Shown here: positions 51,366 through 64,000 of the stretch, piece after piece
Numbering within the stretch: position 1 is the first letter of the stretch
How the letters are laid out: every line of letters starts with the position of its first letter
Assembly (NCBI RefSeq): GCF_006345805.1
Contig: NC_043011.1
Span: forward strand, 45,644,464-45,708,463
DNA: 64,000 bases
Direction: 5' to 3'
Source of the DNA: Octopus sinensis
Taxonomy: Eukaryota
Translations under genes and position numbers: made by a program
Notes under the pieces: model-generated
What the model was told of the DNA's origin: nothing
The model's database searches: none
What the model saw: only the letters and a program-made list of their open reading frames with translations

Positions 51366-51979
51366 TTCCTGTTATTGGTGTCAAGGACCTAAGACATGGA
51401 GGCCAATATCGAAGGATGAGTTACGACACACACAAAAAAAAAATTACCAAAACATGTTAATATCAATCAAGTGAAGATACTACCACATTAAAGGATACAA
51501 CAGAGAATATATAACAGAAAGTAGAGAAATAAATTATAAATAAATGAATAAATAAAATCCTCATTAGGCGGGAAGCCCACTTAGGTAATTGAGGATAAAC
51601 ATGGTTTCTACAGCTTGACAGCCTTCCTAATGCCAACCACTCTGAGGGTGCAATGGGTGCTTTTACATGCCACTGGCACAGGTGCCAGTTGCATGACACC
51701 AGTATCTGCCACGGCAGTGATTTTACTTGGCTTGATGGGTCTTCTTCTCAAGCATGACATAATGCCAAAGGTCTCAGTCATTGCCTCCGTAAGGCCCAAA
51801 CACTCGAAAGGAACTCAGCCACTTTGCTTCTGTGAGGACCAATGTCAAAAAAGAACTCACCTGCCCATACAGAAGTCAATGATAATAAAAATAATAATAA
51901 TTGTCTGTTATTTAGACCCAAAGAAAGCAATTTTGAGGGTAGGGTATTTGTCAAAAATGTTGGTTGCGGTACTTGAATG

Positions 51980-52016
<37 letters not shown>

Positions 52017-52322
52017 CACCACCACCACCTATTTCTTTATTACCCACAAGGGGCTAAACACAGAGGGGACAAACAAGGACAGACATAGGTATTAAGTCGA
52101 TTACATCGACCCCAGTGCGTAACTGGTACTTAATTTATTGACCCCGAAAGGATGAAAGGCAAAGTCGACCTCAGCGGAATTTGAACTCACAACGTAACAG
52201 CAGACGAAATACCGCTAAGCATTTCGCCCGGCGTGCTAACGTTTCTGCCAGCTCGCCGCCAACCACCACCACCACTAATAATGATAATAATAATAATAAT
52301 GATGATGATTATAATAATGGTG

Positions 52323-52657
52323 AAGGCGCATGGCTCAGTGGTTAGAGTGTCGAGCTTACAATCGTGAGGTTGTGAGTTCGATTTCCGGATCTGGCTGCAT
52401 GTTGTGTTCTTGAGCAAGACACTTTATTTTTTGTTGCTCCAGTTCACTCAGCTGTAGAAATGAGTTGCGACGTCACAGAAGCCAAGCTGTATCAGCCCCT
52501 TTGCCTTTCCCTTGGATAACACTGGTGGCGTGGAGAGGGGGGGCTAGTATGCATGGGTGACTGCTGGTCTTCCATAAAAACCTTGCCCGGACTTGTACCT
52601 GGGAGGGTAACTTTCTACGTGTAATCCTATGGTCAGTCATGACCGAGGGGGGTCTGA
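52323..52657 (+). mobile_element. tRNA-derived SINE (OR-like family)
   Basis: GGCGCATGGCTCAGTGGTTAGAG...GAGTTCGATTTCC head; homologous to 35385. Confidence 0.87.
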
Positions 52658-52748
52658 GCAAATGGTTTCAAATTTTGGCTGAAGACCAGCAATTTTGGGT
52701 AAGGGTTAAGCCAATTACATCGATCCTAGTGCTCAACAGGTGCTTATT

Positions 52749-52809
<61 letters not shown>

Positions 52810-52826
52810 CAACAACAATAATAACA

Positions 52827-53032
52827 GTAATGTGCCAAGTAGGAACAGCTCCAAAAGTTCCCAGCAGAGCTGTTGCACAAAAAGTTTGCTTGCTTGGCAT
52901 GGTCAGAATCATCAGGATTGTATTAGATAGTTGCAAAGAACAGATATCATTGTATTGTAGACTGCAGGTAGCAAGCCTGCTATGCTTGCAAGACTCCAGG
53001 AGTTGCAACAAAACCTGAGTTAAATGATACTT
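52827..53032 (+). mobile_element. Divergent R4/Dong-like 3' tip in (TAA)n
   Basis: AQKVCLLGMVRIIRIVLD parallels QKIALLGTAHILRRTL. Flanked by (AAT)n. Confidence 0.5.
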
Positions 53033-53044
53033 ATAATAATAATA

Positions 53045-53991
53045 ATGATTTCAAATTTTGGCACATGACCAGCAGTCTTTGAGGAGTGGGTGAAGTTAAT
53101 TACATTGCTCCCAGTACTTGACTGGAACTTATTTTGTTGACCCTGGAAAGATGAAAAGCAAAGTGCGGCAGAATTTGAACTCACAATGTAAAGATAGGCA
53201 AAATGCCACTAAGTATTTTGCCTGGCGTACTGACGATCCTGCCAGCTCGCCATCTTAGTAATAATAATAACAACACAACAACAACAACAACAACAATAAT
53301 AATAATAATAATAATAATAATAATTATAACCCTTTTTACTGGAAGCACAAGGATTAAGTAGATTACATCGACGACCCAGCGAGTAACTGGTACTTATTTA
53401 ATCGACCCCGAAGGGATGAAAAGCATTGTTGACCTAGGCGAAATTTGAACTCAGAACATAGTGGCAGACAAAATGCCATTAAGCATTTCACCCAGCATGC
53501 TAACAATTCTGCCAGCTCATCACCTTAATAATAATAATAATAATAATAGTCCCTTCTACTATTGGCATGAGGCCTAAAATTTTGAGGGGAGAGGACTAGT
53601 TGATTACAGTGTCCCAGTGTTTCACTGGTACTTAATTTATCGACCCCAAAAGGATGAAAGGTAAAGTTGATCTCAGTAGGGTTTGAACTCAGAACGTAGC
53701 GACAAGTGAAATACCGCGAAGCATGCTAACAATTCTGCCAGCTTGATGCCTTAAGAATAATCCTTTCTACTATAGGCACAAGGCCTAAAATTTTGGGGTG
53801 AGCAGGGGGTGGGTGGGTGGGTGGACTAGTCAATTTCTGACCCCAATGCATAACTGGTACTTATTTCATCAACCCTGAAATGATGGAAGGTCAAGTCGAC
53901 TTCAATGGAATTTTAACTCAGAACGTGAAGATGGTCGAGTTACTGCTAAGCATTTCATCCAGCATGCTAACGATTCTGCCAGCTTGCTGCC

Positions 53992-53995
<4 letters not shown>
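53045..53995 (-). mobile_element. Five Meta-domain SINE copies separated by (AAT)n
   Basis: Each copy ends CTGCCAGCT on the plus strand (reversed head) and is followed by an AAT run. Confidence 0.85.
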
Positions 53996-54023
<28 letters not shown>

Positions 54024-54591
54024 GAATAATAATAATGATAATAATAATAATAATACATATTTTACCTGTGAATTTGCGTGTGTAATCTGGGAATGCATAC
54101 AATGAGCTTCTCTGCCCTAGGTGTACGGAAAACACTTGGCAAGAAACGGAAGAAAATTTGAAGAAAGAAGGAAAAAAAAATAATAATAATAATAATGTGA
54201 ACGATAATGATGGTGATGATTTTTTTTCTTTTTACTACCAGTGTGATGGATGAGGAAAACAATGACAGACAGACACAGAATCAAATAATCATAAAAATTA
54301 TAAAGAGAAACCATGAAATAATAATACAAAACAGCTGCATAGAGATTTGATCCTTAGAACTTGATGGCAATAGTTCCGTAACTTACCAACTCAGCCATGA
54401 CACCTCCCACTGAGCACTTTTCAATTAAAATACAGATTTAATGCTTCAACACTTGGCAAACATAGTAATAACAAAACTTCCTAGCAAGTAAAAATAAAAT
54501 AATAATAACAACAATGAGAATAATGTAAATAAATATGATGACAATAATAATGATAATAATAATAATAATAGTAATAATAATATTAAAAATA

Positions 54592-54639
<48 letters not shown>

Positions 54640-56270
54640 TCTACCAATATAAGAAAAATAAAAAAAACATACAACTATGAAGGAAAACTTTACAGAAAAC
54701 AAAACCAAGAACAATAAAAGGTAAAATCAGAAAAGAAAATCTGTATTGAATTATTGGAAAGATTATGTGGAGTGAGAGTGAGGGCAGAGTTGGTGGTGGT
54801 GGTGGTGGTGGTGGTGATGTAGGTGATGGTGATGGCAATAATGGCATGATGGTTGAGATGGTGGTGATAGTGGTGGTGGTGGTGGTGGTGGTGGTAGTGA
54901 TGATTGTGATAGTGGTGGTGGTGATGTGGGTGAGGTGATGGCGATGATGGCATGATGGTTGAGTTGGTGGTGATAGTGGTGGTGGTGGTGATGGTATGAT
55001 GGTTGAGATGGTGGTGATAGTGGTGGTGGTGGTGATGGCATGATGGTTGAGCCGGTGGTGATAGTGGTAGTGGTGGTGGTGGTGGTAATGGTCATGATGG
55101 TGGTGATAGTGATTGGTGGTGATGATAGTGGTGGTGGTGTTGATAGTAGAGGTGGTAGTGATAGTGGTGGTGGTGGTGTGGTGGTGCAGGAAAGTGGATT
55201 GGATAATTTCTCCAATGAAGTTGTGAACAACCAGTTTTCCAAGATCTCACTTTTAAACAAAGCTTTTTTAAGAATAATTAAGGAGAAAAAAATTATTGAT
55301 TACGGTGGTGGGCAAGGAAGGAAGGGCTTGTCTTTGTTATTGAGTTGTTTCTATTACTCTTATTTATGCTAATGTGGTGTTAGTGTTAGTGCAGAAAGTG
55401 CTTCTGATGGTGATGATAGTGCCGTTGTAATAGTGATGGTGACTGTTTTGCTATTTGTGGTGGTCATGGTGTTTGTAGTGGTAGGGGTGCAGATTGTTGT
55501 GTTGCTATTGTGCAGTTCCTGGTCAACAATAATCAAGTAGTCCTATGACACACAGGTGATGAGATGAACTGTCAGGTACAATCAACTAATCTCTCTATAT
55601 TGCGTTTTATGTTATTAGGCCACTGCCATTGTGAAAGGTCTGTCAAATCTGATTGGAGTGTAATTTAGAATGCTGAGGTATGTGGTGCATTGCTGTACTC
55701 AAGAAGACCTGTCTGTCACAACAGAATTGAGATCCTAAAACCAAGGTACCTCGTAAAAAGCATTGATATGGGTGCTACATAAAAGGCACAAGTGATGGTG
55801 CCATGTAAAAAGCACCCAGTACACTCTGCCAAGTGGTTGGCGTTAGGTAGGGTGGAACTTGGTGCAGCCCCTGACCTTGTCAGTCCCTGTCAAGCTGTCC
55901 AAACACCTCTGCCAGCATAGAAAATGGACATTAAATGTCACTGCTGCTATTGCTGCTGCTGCTGCTGATGATGATGATGATGAAGAGGTGGAGGAGGAGG
56001 TGGAGGATGATAACAAATGCTGTATCATCATCATCATCATCATTTAATGTCAATCTTTTATGCAGGAATGGGCTGGATGGTTCAACAGAGAACCAGTAAA
56101 GCTGAGCTCTAATGTTTGCTTTGACATAGTTTCAACAACTGGGTGCCTTTCCTAACACCACTTACTTTACAGAGTGTACTGGATGCATGTTTTGGTGGTA
56201 CTGGCACTAGTGATATCTCCCGGTAACTCTCAATACATGATCCCTTGACTGAGATGGGGAAGGGGCATAG

Positions 56271-56508
56271 TAGGCGGTGAGCTGGCAGAAATGTTAGCAC
56301 GCTGGGCGAAATGATTAGCGGTATTTCCTCTGCCATTACGTTCTGAGTTCAAATTCCGCCGAGGTCGACTTTCCCTTTCATCCTTTCGGGATTGATTAAA
56401 TAAGTACCAGTTACGCACTAGGGTCGATATAATCGACTTAACTCGTTTGTCTGTCCTTGTTTGTCCCCTCTGTGTTTAGCCCCTTGTGGGTAGTAAAGAA
56501 ATAGGTAT
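56271..56508 (+). mobile_element. Full-length Meta-domain SINE
   Basis: GGCGGTGAGCTGGCAG head to AAAGAAATAGGTATT tail. Confidence 0.9.
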
Positions 56509-57825
56509 TGAGGGAAGTGGCTTTATACCAAGTGTTAGGAGGCTAAAGTATGATAGAAGAATAGGAACAGGTGTGTTGCTGAAGAGGGAATCCATGGTTG
56601 AGGTGAAATGTCAAGGCTTGCCTTCTGTGTACAAGATGATGAATATAAGATAGAAAATGGACTGAGAAAATGGACAGAGGTTAGTTTATGAGAGTGTAAA
56701 AGGGAGAGATGGTTTGGGACATGGAGGTGAATCCAGTGAATGGTGACACAGGTGCAGAAGGAAGGTGAAGAGAAAATAGGAATGTGTTTGGGAGGAAGAG
56801 ATATTAAGTTGCTATGCAAAAGTGGGGTGGAGGATGCCTGTATAACTAAGCCATTGCTAGATGAGAAATAGTAGGATGATGTGAACTGTAGGGAGAAGAG
56901 ATGGCTGTACCATGATAGAGATGGGGCTCAGAGGTATGTAGAGTTGGAAATAGCCATGAACAAAGATGGGTAGGAGGGTATGAGAGGGTGTTCAGGGAAA
57001 AGGGGCATTCAGTGGAAAAGAAAGCTGTGAGGGATGATATTGAGAATGTGGAATGAGTAAAACAAGTGTTTCCAAGGAGAGGGATAACTGGTAACATAAA
57101 AAGGGAGATGTAATATGCGTAGTCTTACACTCATATTATTACAGCAGCTAAGAAAATAGTGCAGTAGTTAGAAGAGTAATAGAGAGGGTGGTGAGGAAGA
57201 CTCGACAGGTATAGATTGGGTGCAGGTGCATAGAAGTAAGCAATAAGTTTTTATGACCTCATTTTCCTTTTCCTTTTTGAGGTGGAGAGATCTTCTCAAG
57301 CACAACAATTCGCTAATCTGGTCTTCTTTGTCCTGGGTTTCCCTTTGCCACACATTCCATCAACATTTAATAATTAGCACTTCTTTATGCAGGTGTCATC
57401 TATACACATCACATGACAATACCAACGCTACATCTGACATATCTAATTCCCAGTTTTTTTTTCTCAGCACACTTGCAGTTTGTCATTCATTATAAAATCT
57501 TTTACTTCCATAAAAGTGTTTTTAATGTCATTAATACTGTACTGCAGAATTCTTTGACTGTTTAATGTCATGTTTACATAATTTATTTTAGTGGATGAAG
57601 CATTCATTTTTAAGTGTATTCCGTGTTATGCCTTTGATGTTGGGAAGGAAGTTAACAGCAGTACTTCCTATTTGCATCTTGACTAGTGTTTTGTTGATAT
57701 CATTGTTTTTCTTCCTGTAAATTCATGAATTTTTCCAGATTATTTATAAACCATGAAGTGTGAAGATATTTTGCAGACTTTGATGCAAAATTGTAACTTC
57801 TGTTATTCTTTGATGGTGTTTACAG

Positions 57826-57888
57826 GTGCTGAGAGAAGAAGTATTTCTGTGTCGAAACTTTATAGTTCAACTAGAATCCAAGCTGTGA
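57826..57888 (+). CDS. Candidate terminal coding exon
   Basis: Acceptor ttctttgatggtgtttacag; reads VLREEVFLCRNFIVQLESKL*, followed by AT-rich unique sequence. Confidence 0.38.
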   Translation: MLREEVFLCRNFIVQLESKL

Positions 57889-58589
57889 TCATCCTATCTT
57901 TTTTTCAAACATATCATATTTCGTAATAGTTTATACTAAACATTGAATCAGTTTTAAGATGGTAGTGTACTGTTGGAAGAAAATTTGCCATTTCTTTATT
58001 ATTTCTTTATTATTTCATGGTAATGTTGGCATTGGTGTCGGTTCTATGATAGTGTTGGTGATGTTGGTAGTGGTGGTGTTGGTGTTGGTGGTGTTGGTGG
58101 TGTTGGTAGTGTTGGTAATGGTGTTGGTGTTGGTGGTGTTGGTAGTGGTGGTTTAGGTGGTGTTGGTAATGGTGGTGTTGGTAGTGGTGGTGTTGGTGGT
58201 TTTGGTAGTGGTGGTGCTGGTACTAATGGTGTTAGTATTGATAGTGGCAGTGGTGGTGATGCTGTTTTTTTTCTACTCTAGGCACAAGGCCTGAAATGTT
58301 GGGGAGAGGGGCTAGTTGATTAGATCGACCCCAGTATGCAACTGGTACTTAATTTATCAACCCCAAAAGGATGAAAGGCAAAGTTGACCTCAGCAGAATT
58401 TGAACACAGAACATAAAGACATACGAAATACCGCTAAGCATTTCATCCACTGTGTTAATGTTTTTGCCAGCTCACCAATACTGTGATAGTGTTCTTATGT
58501 ATAGTAGTGTTGGTTCTTCTTCTTCATCTTCTTCTTCTTCTTCTTCTTCTTCTCCTCCTCCTCCTCCTCCCCTCCCCCTCCCCCTCCTT

Positions 58590-59030
58590 CTTCTTCTCCT
58601 CAGGTCATCCCAGGCAATCCTGTGCAATGTTTCAGTCAGTTCCCATCTTCATGAAATACTTTCTCATTTGCCATGACCATGAGGGATGTGGCTGACCAAC
58701 ATGAGCCTTCACTCTAGCTGGATCCTTACAGAGTAGGGCACAGTATACAGGATCCAATTCAGAAATTCAAGCCACAAAACCAAACAGTCTAAGCTGATGC
58801 TCCTGAATCTTTTATGTAACAGGACACATCCCAGTTTCAGAGTATAACTTGATTGGATATGAAATCTGACCAATGGAAGCCCATAATCCTGTGAAACATT
58901 CTGGTACCAAAAGAGTTCAGGTGGTCACTAAAGGCTTTGGCCAATGTCCAAGTTTCACAACTATAGAGCAGGATATAAAGGATGAGTGATCTGAAGACCT
59001 GAAGACTAGAAACTTTGTCCTCCTGCTCAG
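58590..59030 (-). mobile_element. RTE-type LINE fragment
   Basis: LQVFRSLILYILLYSCETWTL...LNSFGTRMFHRIMGFHWSDFISNQ...IQEHQLRLFG. Confidence 0.85.
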
Positions 59031-59234
59031 ATATTGTGTCTAAATTAGAAATTAAATTAGAAACAATTATCGTTATTGTTTTTGGAATTTTGCATGGGGA
59101 GTTCAAATGACACCAGGATCGAATTTGCATTATATTCATGCGGGGGTCAATAAAGTAAAGTGCAAGTCGTGTATTAGCTTAAATTTAATTGTCTAACCCC
59201 ATTCCTTAACATGCGTAGCCCTGTGCTGATGGTA

Positions 59235-59265
<31 letters not shown>

Positions 59266-59271
59266 TTACTA

Positions 59272-59314
<43 letters not shown>

Positions 59315-59391
59315 AGCTGCTGCTGCAGCTGCTGCTACTACTATCACCACCACCACCACTACCACCGCGACCACTACTGCAGCTGCTGCTG

Positions 59392-59422
<31 letters not shown>

Positions 59423-60198
59423 AGCTACTGGTACTACTGTTGCTGCTGTTGCTGCTGCTGCAACCACTATTACACCTACACACCCACCACCACCACCATC
59501 ACCACCACTGCCACTGCCACCTCTACCATCATCACTGTCGTCACTGCTGCTGCTACTGCTACCATCATTGTTGCTTCCACCGCCACCACAACCATCACTG
59601 CCGCTGCCACCACCACCTGCTTCACCGCCACCACCACCATCACCACCGCAACTACCAACTATCATCAATTTTTTAATTGTTTTTTTTTTTTATATATATT
59701 ATCTTATCTTACCTAAGGTAATCATTTACAATCAGCACGTGGCTTGTATTCTAAACAAAATGCCGTGCTGGGCTGCAAATGAATTGTAAAAGAACAGGTT
59801 TATTTCTTCTTTGAGTTCAGCCAAGACAACGTTAAGTTGTTTGAATTGATATGCCTACATGAGAAAAAGACACACATGCACCACACATACTTATACACAC
59901 ACTCAGGTATGGAGACATCATGCTATCAGAACCCAAAGCTATAAAAAGAACTTGAGTGTATCAATTAAGAACTTCGTACATTGCCAATGTATGTTTACTT
60001 TTGCTTTATATATATATATATATATGTATATATATGTATATCATCATCATCATCATCATCGTCATGTATATATGTATATGTATATATATATAAATGTGAA
60101 TATATATATATATATATAGATAGATATAGATATATATATACATATATATACACACATATAAATACATACATATAAATATATATATATATGTATATCTT

Positions 60199-60229
<31 letters not shown>

Positions 60230-60657
60230 ATGTGTGTATTATATATGTGTAAATATATATGTATATGTGTATATACATATATATATATAAATATATATAT
60301 ATATATTTATATATATGTATATATATATTTATATATATGTATATATTTATTTATATATATGTATATATATGTATATATATATATATAATATATGCATATA
60401 AATGTGTGTTTACACACACACATATATAAACATGTATATATTTGCATATATAAATATAGATGCATGAACAGATAAACTGATATATATATATATATATATG
60501 CATACACACATATGTACATGTCTATATATATATATTATATATATATCTATATATATATGTATATATCTATATATCTATATATATATCTGAGTGTGTTTGT
60601 GTGTGTGAATATACGTGTATTTTTATGCTATTTATTTATAAACTATGTGCAGTGTTT

Positions 60658-60785
60658 ATCGTTTATTTAAACTTAACTATTTTTCTATCAACTCAAGTTT
60701 CATACTATGGAGATCTTGAGATCTGATGCTCTCTGTGGAAGGAAACTTGAGTCGATAGAAAAATAGTTATGTTTAAATGAACGAT
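60658..60785. repeat. Inverted repeat (about 44-bp arms) with hammerhead-like remnants
   Basis: ATCGTTTATTTAAACTTAACTATTTTTCTATCAACTCAAGTTTC pairs with GAAACTTGAGTCGATAGAAAAATAGTTATGTTTAAATGAACGAT. Confidence 0.85.
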
Positions 60786-60852
60786 GTACTCCACAGATAG
60801 TTTGCTAACTATAATGTTTGAATGTTCTTATATATGTAGCATATAATATATC

Positions 60853-60912
<60 letters not shown>

Positions 60913-61035
60913 ACACACACACACACACATATACTTATAAATATATTATATATATCAGTGCAGGAGTGGCTGCGTGGTAACTGAAAGAAACTGAAAGAAG
61001 CCCATCGTATATATATATATATATATATATATATA

Positions 61036-61192
61036 CTTTATTTAAAGCAGCAGAAAATTCAACAAAACCTGTTACTCTGAGTTTCACGTTGCCATTCATG
61101 GACAGTTTTTGCTAGAAAAAACTGTCTGATGAACAGCAACGTGAAACTCAGAGTAACAGGTTTTGTTGAATTTTCTGCTGCTTTAAATAAAG
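61036..61192. repeat. 157-bp palindrome made of two inverted pLTR-like arms
   Basis: The outer about 55 bp of each arm are perfectly complementary; loop is about 4 nt (GCTA). Confidence 0.95.
61117..61164 (+). ncRNA. Type I hammerhead ribozyme motif
   Basis: Stem I CTGT/ACAG; CTGATGA 61126-61132; stem II AC(A)GCAA(C)GT; GAAA 61143-61146; stem III ACT-CAG-AGT; triplet GTA 61153-61155. Confidence 0.75.
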
Positions 61193-61261
61193 CATATTAC
61201 TCTACCACAGGTATTTGAGTACTCTTTTTTCCACCTTGTTTCACATTTATGTGTTTACTCC

Positions 61262-61304
<43 letters not shown>

Positions 61305-63156
61305 GTGTGTGTATATGTTTGTGTGTCTGTGTTTGTACCCCAACATCACTTGACCACCGATGCTGGTGTGTTTACATCCCTGTAACTTAGCGATTTGGCA
61401 AAAGAGACCAAAATAATAAGTACTAGCCTTACAAATAATACAAGTCCAGGGGTCGGCTTGCTTGACTAAAGGTGGTGCTCCAGATGACCGAAACAAGTAA
61501 AAGAGTAAAGAGTATATATATATAAATTGAGAGAGACAGATAGATGGTAGCTAGATCGATAGATAAATAGATGTGCATATACATATAAGTGCATGCATGA
61601 TGCATACATACATACATATATGTGCACGTGTACAAATTTACATATATATAGGTGCAGGAGTGGCTGTGTGGTAAGTAGCTTGCTAACCATCCACATGGTT
61701 CTGGGTTCAGTCCCACTGCGTGGCATCTTGGGCAAGTGTCTTCTGCTATAGCCCCGGGCTGACCAATGCCTTGTGAGTGGATTTGGTAGACGGAAACTGA
61801 AAGAAGCCTGTCGTATATATGTATATATATGTATATGTGTGTGTGTTTGTGTGTCTGTGTTTGTCTCCCTAGCATTGCTTGACAACTGATGCTGGTGTGT
61901 TTACATCCCTGTCACTTAGCGATTCGGCAAAAGAGACCGATAGAATAAGTACTGGGCTTACAAAGAATAAGCCCAGGGGTCGATTTGCTCAACTAAAGGT
62001 GGTGCTCCAGCATGGCCGCAGTCAAATATCTGAAACAAGTAAAAGAGTATATGTATATATATATGTTTGTGTGTGTGTGTGTATGATGAAAATATTCAAA
62101 GTGAAAAGAAGGAGAAATAGAAGAGGAACTGCCTTCTATGCATCTACATATACATACAAAGCATGCTTTAAGTTTCAAGTATTGTTTAAAGTCCAATTAT
62201 CTCAAATTTCCTGGCATTAAGGCATAGGTGAATACTATATCCCCTGGATAGAGCACCTACCTAAGTATTGTAACTCCCCTAAATAATCTGCTACTTCTGC
62301 TAGCTTACTGCCACACCCCATACTACATCAAGATGAATTACATGTATTTGACTGTTACTTACATACATAAGCATATGTATGTATTCTCTTCTGTTTTTAA
62401 TTATTCAAATTCTTCCTCTATGCAAGGAACTGGTTTCTAACAAAGATATAAAACTCTATCATTGGAATTATGATCTGGATAAAGAAGCTGGAGATTTTGA
62501 AGCAGTTATCCATAGTTCTCTCTTATCACTCTTTGATTTTCAAACAAGTATTCACATCAGCAGGACAGTTGACCTCTATGATGGTACATACCTTCACTGT
62601 AATGACAAAGTTATGACTCATCTTTAAAAACCAGAATAAGCTCTACCTACATGTGATGAATACTCCTTTGGCCCTCATTGGCAAATCCTAGCACACACAC
62701 AACTGTTCTTGTGTCAAAATTTGAAACCAATATAAAAAGATTAGGAACACATGGAAGTGGGAAACTCAGGAACATGTGGGATAAAGTACTGAAGAATGGC
62801 TTCAGTACGCTGAACCTTTCAGGTGAGATGACAAAGGGCTGAGATGGCGGGTGCCTTCTTGTAATAAAGAAGACCTGTACTCTGAAGCAGAAGCGTTAAG
62901 ACAAGCCCCTTGGGTGGTGTACACTGCTCATGGCAGCGCTACATAAAAGTGCCCATGCAGGGCCATGCAAAAGCACCCATATTGTGCCACGTTAAAGCAC
63001 CTAGAGCAATCTGTAAAGTGGTTGGCATTAGGAAGGGCATCCAGCCATAGAAACTATGCCAATTCAGACAGGAGTCTGGTGCAGCTCTCTAGTTTCCCAG
63101 CTCTGGTCAAACCATCCAGCCCATGCCAGTTTGGACAACAGACTTTAAATAATGAC

Positions 63157-63205
<49 letters not shown>

Positions 63206-64000
63206 GTGATGATTTATGTATTTATAGATATATATGTGTGTGTATGTGTATACATATATATCATATATATATTTATAGATATAATACAAACTGATGCTGG
63301 CTTAACTGGCCGAAACTTCGAAATCACTGTCGAAAACATTCTTCTATGAGAATAATAAATCTGTACTCTACAAAAGTATAGATTAACCTTTCAGATTAAT
63401 GTAAAATTGTTTATATTAATACTAAAAACAAAAGCAAACATTAATATACATATATGTGTGTGTGTGCGTGTGTATACATATATATATACATATATATGTG
63501 ACTGTGTGTGTATATAGTGTATATATATGTATATATATACATATATATGTGTGTGTATGTATACATATATACATATATATATACATACATACATATACAT
63601 ACATATATATATATAGATATATATATATATATTATAATATATATATGTCACTGTGTATGTGTATATATACACATATATACAAATTATAAGTGCATATATA
63701 TATATATATATATATTTGCACTTATAATGTTCATGTTATCCGCACCAGACCACATACAATTACACATATACTCTCTCACACACACACAGGTTTGTGAAGA
63801 GAATTGGTCTAAAGATGAACTGTCTGAATCTCACGTTTGAGATGATCTATTAGTTTAGTGTATTGGGAGTGACAATGTGTGTGTGTATGTGTACATATGC
63901 ATGTGTACACTGGTACACACATACATGTGCATGTGATATGCAGTGCTATTACCATACATTATGATTGCTTAGCTTTGATAGCTTAACATGAGTGTGTATA

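Noticed and set aside
54770-55190. (GGT)n tract with recurring GGCATGATGGTTGAG blocks as a coding repeat
   Set aside because: Slippage-derived higher-order microsatellite with no splice or ORF support.
56515-57120. Minus-strand 94-aa and 83-aa ORFs
   Set aside because: Probably the antisense of a heavily decayed RTE fragment (plus-strand RWFG remnant); too degraded to call.

Overview
Eukaryotic, AT-rich, very repeat-dense DNA. The SINE families (CORE-type tRNA SINEs, Meta-domain SINE) and the microsatellite load point to an octopus or related cephalopod; this is an inference and no search was run. Almost all ORFs in the supplied track are microsatellite artefacts. The recognisable content is SINEs, 3' LINE fragments (RTE-type and R4/Dong-type), decayed mariner, maT, piggyBac, MULE, pogo and Helitron-like DNA elements, long palindromes and one tRNA-Gly pseudogene. 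The most interesting signal is a set of hammerhead ribozyme (HHR) motifs in at least three unrelated small repeats inserted in microsatellites, mostly (TA)n. One is a 489-nt retrozyme-like unit with a target-site duplication (4474-5107). One is a minimal HHR family with a non-canonical CUGUNGA core (3 copies). One is a 157-bp palindrome carrying an HHR on each strand (61036-61192). Thirteen short plus-strand exon candidates between 3775 and 57888 splice into a stop-free reading frame of about 217 codons, suggesting the window is mostly introns of an unidentified gene. All coordinates, folds and translations were worked out by eye; repeat boundaries are approximate unless TIRs or TSDs are quoted.
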